From NCBI GenBank assembly GCA_046581755.1, contig JAYGFR010000226.1, positions 1-11,721 on the forward strand: a stretch of 11,721 nt of DNA, read 5' to 3'. The notes beneath the pieces were generated by a model. The model saw only the letters and a program-made list of their open reading frames with translations. It was not told the origin of the DNA and made no database searches. The DNA is from Nitrospinota bacterium (GTDB taxonomy: Bacteria > UBA8248). Positions 7,307 to 11,721 of the stretch are shown piece after piece (position 1 is the first letter of the stretch; every line of letters starts with the position of its first letter). The translations under genes and the position numbers were made by a program.

Positions 7307-8449
7307 TTAAGCCCCGTCATGCGATGAGATCGCCACGATAGCGGGGTTGCCGGATCGGTTGCTCCAGGCGTGATTGGCGCCCCGCAGTATCGCGACTTCG
7401 CCTGTCGCCAAATTCACTTCTTCGGAGTCAAGCACCAGCGTAATTTTGCCTTCGAGAACAAAACAAAAATCGACGGTTTGTGTCTTTTGCATGTACGGGT
7501 GAGGGGCTGAGGGCGAATACGTGGAAGCGCCCGGCGATCCCATGGCGCTGAAGAAAGCCTCAACTTCGGCGGAGCCGACCTTGCCCTTCCAGATATCATC
7601 CGGCGGAAAAGTAACAACCCGGCAAACCGTGCCATTCTTCGGTGGCTCAATCGCGTGTGGCAAATGAAGTGATTCAAATACAATCTCCGAAGGAGCGCTA
7701 TCGGTGACCCAGAGCCGCGCCGAGGCGAAACCCGGTCGCGCGGGATCGAAGCGCACATCGGGCGCCGGACCGTCACTGATTAACGAGCCCTTCCCATCTT
7801 CCGTGTCTATGGTCACTATCCTCCGGGCCGGCTTCACGCCATCGGGCAGCTTCAGATTGGGATCGGGATGAATGGTCTTATCGTTTCCCTGGGCCAGGCC
7901 CGCCGGCCCGTCCACGAACCGCGCCGCAATCATGTCGAAGGCCATCAGGCATTCGCTCTTGGGGCTGGCCCACTGATGCCAAGCGCCTATCTGGCAAACA
8001 ATGTCGCCTGCCTTCATCAAAAGCGTACAATCATCCAAAATCAACTCCCGCTCGCCCGACAGCACAATTCCGTAATCCACCGTCTCGGTCTTGTGCATAC
8101 CGCGGCCTCGATCCCACCTCCTCCTCGAAGGCGCTGCCGTCGGCTCATGCATCGGTTCAATTTCCGAGTTCTTAGCGGGGTCCAAGTTGTCCGGATATTT
8201 TGTTGCATGAATAATGCGCAGGTGTCCCCCGAGGGCCGGACCCGGAAAATCATACGGTAGGGTCCCATCATCGCGCTCCCCGGCAAGGAGAGGGATATTG
8301 TCGTACCAAACCCAAAGATCGGTGTGGCCTCTCCCTTCTATCGGGCCCGGGTGGGAGCTGGGGGCCGGTCCATCCCAAACAACTCTCGACCTGCCGCGCT
8401 CGTCGTTGCCTGTAACTACTCTCCGGATCGGTTTCAGTACTGCCGCCAT
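7307..8449 (-). CDS. tandem two-domain cupin protein, 380 aa
   Basis: Likely start is the ATG at 8449 (GGGAG RBS). Two homologous halves: RRVVTG.DERGRSRVVWDGPAP…GMHKTETVDYGIVLSG…AGD…GAWHQW and RRIVT.DTEDGKGSLISDGPAP…YMQKTQTVDFCFVLEG…TGE…GANHAWSNRS. Confidence 0.88.
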   Translation of the reverse strand: MAAVLKPIRRVVTGNDERGRSRVVWDGPAPSSHPGPIEGRGHTDLWVWYDNIPLLAGERDDGTLPYDFPGPALGGHLRIIHATKYPDNLDPAKNSEIEPMHEPTAAPSRRRWDRGRGMHKTETVDYGIVLSGERELILDDCTLLMKAGDIVCQIGAWHQWASPKSECLMAFDMIAARFVDGPAGLAQGNDKTIHPDPNLKLPDGVKPARRIVTIDTEDGKGSLISDGPAPDVRFDPARPGFASARLWVTDSAPSEIVFESLHLPHAIEPPKNGTVCRVVTFPPDDIWKGKVGSAEVEAFFSAMGSPGASTYSPSAPHPYMQKTQTVDFCFVLEGKITLVLDSEEVNLATGEVAILRGANHAWSNRSGNPAIVAISSHDGA

Positions 8450-8472
8450 AGTCTCTTGCTCCCTCTTTGAGA

Positions 8473-9011
8473 TGTAGTTTCCAAAATTTTCAGATCGGAC
8501 CCTTTTCGAGAATAGACTCGAATTTGAAAAATACAGCAGGGGTTTGGGTGCAATTATGATTACAACAATCCCCGGCCTCATCAGGCTCCGGGGTTAACCT
8601 CGCGACCTGAACGTAGCGGGTCGGCAAACCCATGACAATCTACACGTAATACATGACGGAACGTCCCAGGGTGGCGACCTCCACCGCGAAGAAGTCTATT
8701 GCCGCAAGGCTCTCCCCGTGGGCATTGAGAAATGTTCGCCAGGGCGTTCTTTCAGGATTCGGTTCTCTTCGAGCAGATGGCCGATCATCCTCTGTTGATT
8801 CTGCTTCATCCGGCCGGACAGGGTGATGAGAAGGGATCCCCAGGGCTGCAAGGCTCTGTTAATGTGGGCGGATTCTAACCTCGTATGAGTGGAATGGGAG
8901 GCGGAATCTTCGCATCAATTGGTCTTTCAGAAAAGGAGATTAGGGCTCAGATGAATATTTGCTCGCCCGGAGAAATTGGGCAGATTGTGGCCAATTCAGG
9001 CCAGGAATACG
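8473..9011 (-). mobile_element. decayed, internally deleted rve-type (integrase core domain, IS481-like) element remnant; left boundary uncertain (9011 or ~9111)
   Basis: Contains transposase pseudogene fragments. The putative right end reads TGTAGTTTCCAAAATTTTCAGATC from 8473 on the plus strand. A TAGAAT -10-like box (minus strand, 8877-8872) lies just upstream of the dead start codon. No target-site duplication seen. Confidence 0.6.
8560..8863 (-). pseudogene. integrase-core (rve) DDE transposase pseudogene
   Basis: Manual translation: (ATT)NRALQPWGSLLITLSGRMKQNQQRMIGHLLEENRILKE is joined out of frame at ~8746-8752 to TPWRTFLNAHGESLAAIDFFAVEVATLGRSVMYYV*IVMGLPTRYVQVARLTPEPDEA. The W..FL.AH…AA.DFF.VEV motif is typical of this family. 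In-frame TAG at 8642-8640. Confidence 0.8.
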
Positions 9012-9119
9012 GCCCTGGAGAAAATGAACGTGGCCGGTTGAATCCAGGAGAACCCCCCAAAACCGGGGCAAAATAGGATGAGGTTAGGCCAGAAAAAATC
9101 GGGGTGGAACAATTAAAGG

Positions 9120-9527
9120 TTAGCCGTCTCTATTTAAATATTCTACCCACCCGCCAAATTCCGTGATATCCCTCGCAGCCGGTATCACATGCGCCTCGCA
9201 CAGAAACCCCTTCACGGATTTTCCGTCTTCAAGCTCGATGGTCCCAATACAAAGGGGGGCGGAGACATTTTCCATGAAAGCGCCAAAATTTTCCGAATTT
9301 AACTCCCACACCTCCACCCGGATTTTAGCGCCCTCTCCTGAAGCAAAGCGCAGGAGCCCCGGCTTGGGAGGAGTCGCCGCATCCAGTTCGTAAAGCCGGT
9401 AAAGCGGGCCCGTCCGGGCGGAGCGCACAAATTCGGCGCCCAGGTCTGTCAGCTGATGATTCAAGGGTTGGCTCCGCAGGTGCGCCCCGACGACTGCCAG
9501 GCGGATTCGTTTTGTCCCGGATATCAT
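9120..9527 (-). CDS. atzF: allophanate hydrolase C-terminal domain as a separate ORF, 135 aa
   Basis: LAVVGAHLRSQPLNHQL, YRLYEL…PPKPGL, IRVEVWEL, FGAFM…PLCIGTIELEDG…VKGFLCE…ARDITEFGGW match the C-terminal domain of AtzF / urea amidolyase allophanate hydrolases. In frame with the upstream amidase domain. Confidence 0.88.
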   Translation of the reverse strand: MISGTKRIRLAVVGAHLRSQPLNHQLTDLGAEFVRSARTGPLYRLYELDAATPPKPGLLRFASGEGAKIRVEVWELNSENFGAFMENVSAPLCIGTIELEDGKSVKGFLCEAHVIPAARDITEFGGWVEYLNRDG

Positions 9528-9530
9528 GGC

Positions 9531-10967
9531 TTACTCCGCAGTGATGGGATGCGGGGTGGCACCGAGATTCAGTCCCGATTCACGTTGAAACGCCGCACCC
9601 AGGGCGCAAAGCCCGCTCTCCTGAAGCGCGGGCGCAATGAAAGTGACACCTGCCGGAAGACCGTTCGCATAAAAGCCGTTCGGCACCGCGAGGCCGCACA
9701 GGTCCAGCAGGTTCATGAAATTCGTGTAGAAACTCAAGTGATTGTTCAAAGCTATTGGATCGGACTCGACCTCGGCGATCGAATAGACCGTTCCGGTGGT
9801 AGGAACGACCAGCATATCGATATCGTTCCATGTTTTTCCCGTAATTTTTTTCAACCCTTCCAGCCGGTAAATCCCCTCAAAAGCGTCAGAGGCCGAATAT
9901 CCCCGGCCTTTCGCAATCAGTTTCCGGGTGACGGGATGCAATGCCTCGGGCTTGGCATCGAAAAATTCTCGGATGGCAGAATACCGCTCGGCCATCCAGG
10001 GCCCTTCATAGACCAATCGGGCCGTCTCATGAAAAAATGTGTAGTCAATTTCGACCACACCCATCCCCATCATCCGTAGCCGATCGATGGCGCTGTTAAA
10101 TAGTTCCGCCGCATCTTCGTTGCCGAAAAACTCCTGCTGATCCTTACAGGGAACGCCCACCCAGATCCCCCCGGCGAGATCGGCCGGTGGTTTTTCTTTC
10201 CATTCGGGGGGCACAGGACGCGAGAAAGGATCCGCCTCGTCTTCTTCCGCCATCACGCGGAGCGCTTCCAGCGCGTCGGGAACGGTCAGAGCGAACACCG
10301 ATACGCAGTCCAGCGAGCGGCAGGCCGGGACCACCCCGGACATGCTCACGAGCCCCCGGGTGGGCTTCAGGCCGACGATGTTGTTGAAGCCGGCGGGCAC
10401 ACGCCCCGATCCGGCGGTGTCCGTCCCCAGCGCGAAGCTCACCAGGCCGGCGGAGACCGCCACCGCCGAGCCCGAGCTCGAACCGCCCGGGATATACCGC
10501 TCGTCGAAAGGATTCCGGGGGACGCCGTAGGGAGAGCGCACCCCCACCAGGCCGGTCGCGAACTGATCCAGGTTCGTCTTGCCCATCAGGATCGCGCCGG
10601 CATGTAAAAGCCGCTCTACGGTGGGGGCGGTTTTTTCGGGAACATAGGCGTATTCCGGGCATGCCGCGGTGGTGGGCCTGTCCTCCCAGTCGATATTGTC
10701 CTTAATGGCGAACGGTAGACCGTACAGAGGGTATCGACCGAATAGCGCCTCGCCGGACAATCCTTCGGCAAGTGATTCGAGTTCCCCGGCCCGGCCGAGA
10801 AGATTTTCTTCGGGCTCTCTAAAAATCCAGACGCCGTCATCCCCGCGGCGCGAGATCCGATCGAGCAGAATCCGCACCATACCGGATGGTCTCAAAGCGC
10901 CATTTCCATAGAGAGGCCGCAGCGCAGCGAAATCCAGGCTTCCCCCTTCGGCGGACCATTTACTCAC
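9531..10967 (-). CDS. atzF: allophanate hydrolase amidase domain, 478 aa
   Basis: PLYGLPFAIKDNID, PTTAACPEYAY, GKTNLDQFATGLVGVRSPYG, PGGSSSGSAVAV, GTDTAGSGRVPAGFNNIVGLKPT, LVYEGPWMAERY and YTNFMNLLDLC are diagnostic for allophanate hydrolases. Likely GTG start at 10967 overlapping the upstream TGA (GTGA). Confidence 0.92.
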   Translation of the reverse strand: MSKWSAEGGSLDFAALRPLYGNGALRPSGMVRILLDRISRRGDDGVWIFREPEENLLGRAGELESLAEGLSGEALFGRYPLYGLPFAIKDNIDWEDRPTTAACPEYAYVPEKTAPTVERLLHAGAILMGKTNLDQFATGLVGVRSPYGVPRNPFDERYIPGGSSSGSAVAVSAGLVSFALGTDTAGSGRVPAGFNNIVGLKPTRGLVSMSGVVPACRSLDCVSVFALTVPDALEALRVMAEEDEADPFSRPVPPEWKEKPPADLAGGIWVGVPCKDQQEFFGNEDAAELFNSAIDRLRMMGMGVVEIDYTFFHETARLVYEGPWMAERYSAIREFFDAKPEALHPVTRKLIAKGRGYSASDAFEGIYRLEGLKKITGKTWNDIDMLVVPTTGTVYSIAEVESDPIALNNHLSFYTNFMNLLDLCGLAVPNGFYANGLPAGVTFIAPALQESGLCALGAAFQRESGLNLGATPHPITAE

Positions 10968-11398
10968 GCGATTCGGACCTTCTCTTCCGGCGGCTCGGCA
11001 TACTCCTCCGGATAATGACAGGCAGCCTCTGCGCCGCCGGTGTAGGGACGAAGCGCCGGCATTTCGCTCTGGCAAAACGCATCCGCTTTCGGGCAGCGGC
11101 TATAAAACCGGCAAAGGTTCGGGGAAGGATCTATCGGGCTCATCGGCTCTCCCAAAAGGCGGATCCGCTCCGTCCGGTCACCTTTCTCTACCGCCGGGAC
11201 CGCCGACAGAAGCGCCTTCGTGTATGGATGCCTGGGCCGCTCGAAAAGCTCCGCCACCGGATCCGCCTCCACGATCTTTCCCAAATACATTACCAGCACG
11301 CGCTGGCACAGCAACCGAACGACGTTCAGATCGTGGGACACAAAAAGATAGCTCATTCCCAGCCAATTTTTCAGATCCTCAAGGAAACGGAGGATAAC
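10964..11398 (-). pseudogene. 3' fragment of oligopeptide/dipeptide ABC transporter ATP-binding protein (OppF/DppF-like)
   Basis: VILRFLEDLK..LGMSYLFVSHDLNVVRLLCQRVLVMYLGKIVE, PRHPYTKALLSAVP and CRFYSRCP…C…AACHYP (H-loop plus oligo_HPY tail). Walker A, signature and Walker B motifs are missing; homology stops at the element end at 11400. Confidence 0.88.
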
Positions 11399-11399
11399 C

Positions 11400-11721
11400 T
11401 GTGCCTCCCGAAAACTCGAGCACATTGATTGTACTGGCTTTTTCTCATTCGAGAAATACATCCATCTCGACGTGAAGTAGCCCCTGGTAAAGCATCGAGG
11501 TACCCTTCCCTTCTCATCATATCCGATTTTTCCGTTGGGGAGGCTCCAGTCACTATGAAGGAATTCGCACGCTTTATGTTTTCTGCTGTATCTTCAACAG
11601 TTCGCTCGCGGCTTTCCCTGCAAATGGAAATCGCCGCCCTGCGACACCAACTCTCTGTCTATCAAAGAAGCGGGCAAAGGCCTCGGGTGAAGCCTTCCGA
11701 TCGAATCCTTTGGTCCTGTAT
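11400..11721 (+). mobile_element. left end of an rve-type (IS481-like) element, continuing off the window
   Basis: Begins TGTGCCTCCCGAAAACTCGAG exactly where ABC homology ends, and is followed 155 nt later by a transposase start. Confidence 0.7.
11555..11721 (+). CDS. integrase-core-domain transposase, N-terminus (partial)
   Basis: GGAGG RBS at 11539-11543. Manual translation MKEFARFMFSAVSSTVRSRLSLQMEIAALRHQLSVYQRSGQRPRVKPSDRILWSC carries the RSR..L..E..ALRHQL.V.QR…RPR….DR..W N-terminal motif of this family. Confidence 0.82.
   Translation, partial: MKEFARFMFSAVSSTVRSRLSLQMEIAALRHQLSVYQRSGQRPRVKPSDRILWSC

Noticed and set aside
8450..8581. N-terminal extension of the cupin ORF to 8581
   Set aside because: Runs through the element remnant; the RBS and domain start support the ATG at 8449.
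8863..8872. TGTGGGCGGA, matching the first bases of Tn7 ends
   Set aside because: Only 10 nt, with no TnsB-site array or tns genes. It lies between the -10 box and dead start codon of the rve pseudogene, so it is probably chance.
10968..11461. ORF-track starts at 11075 (atzF) and 11461 (ABC fragment)
   Set aside because: The first overlaps the ABC gene out of frame, and the second is read-through from the inserted element's end.

Overview
GC-rich bacterial accessory region that looks like a mosaic of small catabolic gene blocks separated by mobile-element debris. Left to right: (1) an internally deleted IS3-family (IS407-like) remnant on the minus strand whose left end abuts a frameshifted C-terminal fragment of an alpha/beta-hydrolase; (2) a tightly coupled pair of metallo-beta-lactamase (MBL)-fold genes, the first lacking the metal-binding histidines and the second with an unusual flavodiiron-like ligand set; (3) a fumarylacetoacetate-hydrolase (FAH) family gene; (4) a long atypical amidase-signature enzyme; (5) a frameshifted PcaD-like alpha/beta-hydrolase; (6) a degenerate 15-16 nt tandem repeat; (7) a two-domain cupin; (8) a decayed, internally deleted rve-type integrase/transposase remnant; (9) an allophanate hydrolase (atzF) split by one in-frame TAA at its domain linker; (10) the 3' end of a peptide-ABC ATPase gene, cut off by a second rve-type element that runs off the window. 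The best candidate for an undescribed system is the MBL pair, a putative active + pseudoenzyme heteromer. All family calls come from motif recognition by eye; no searches were run.
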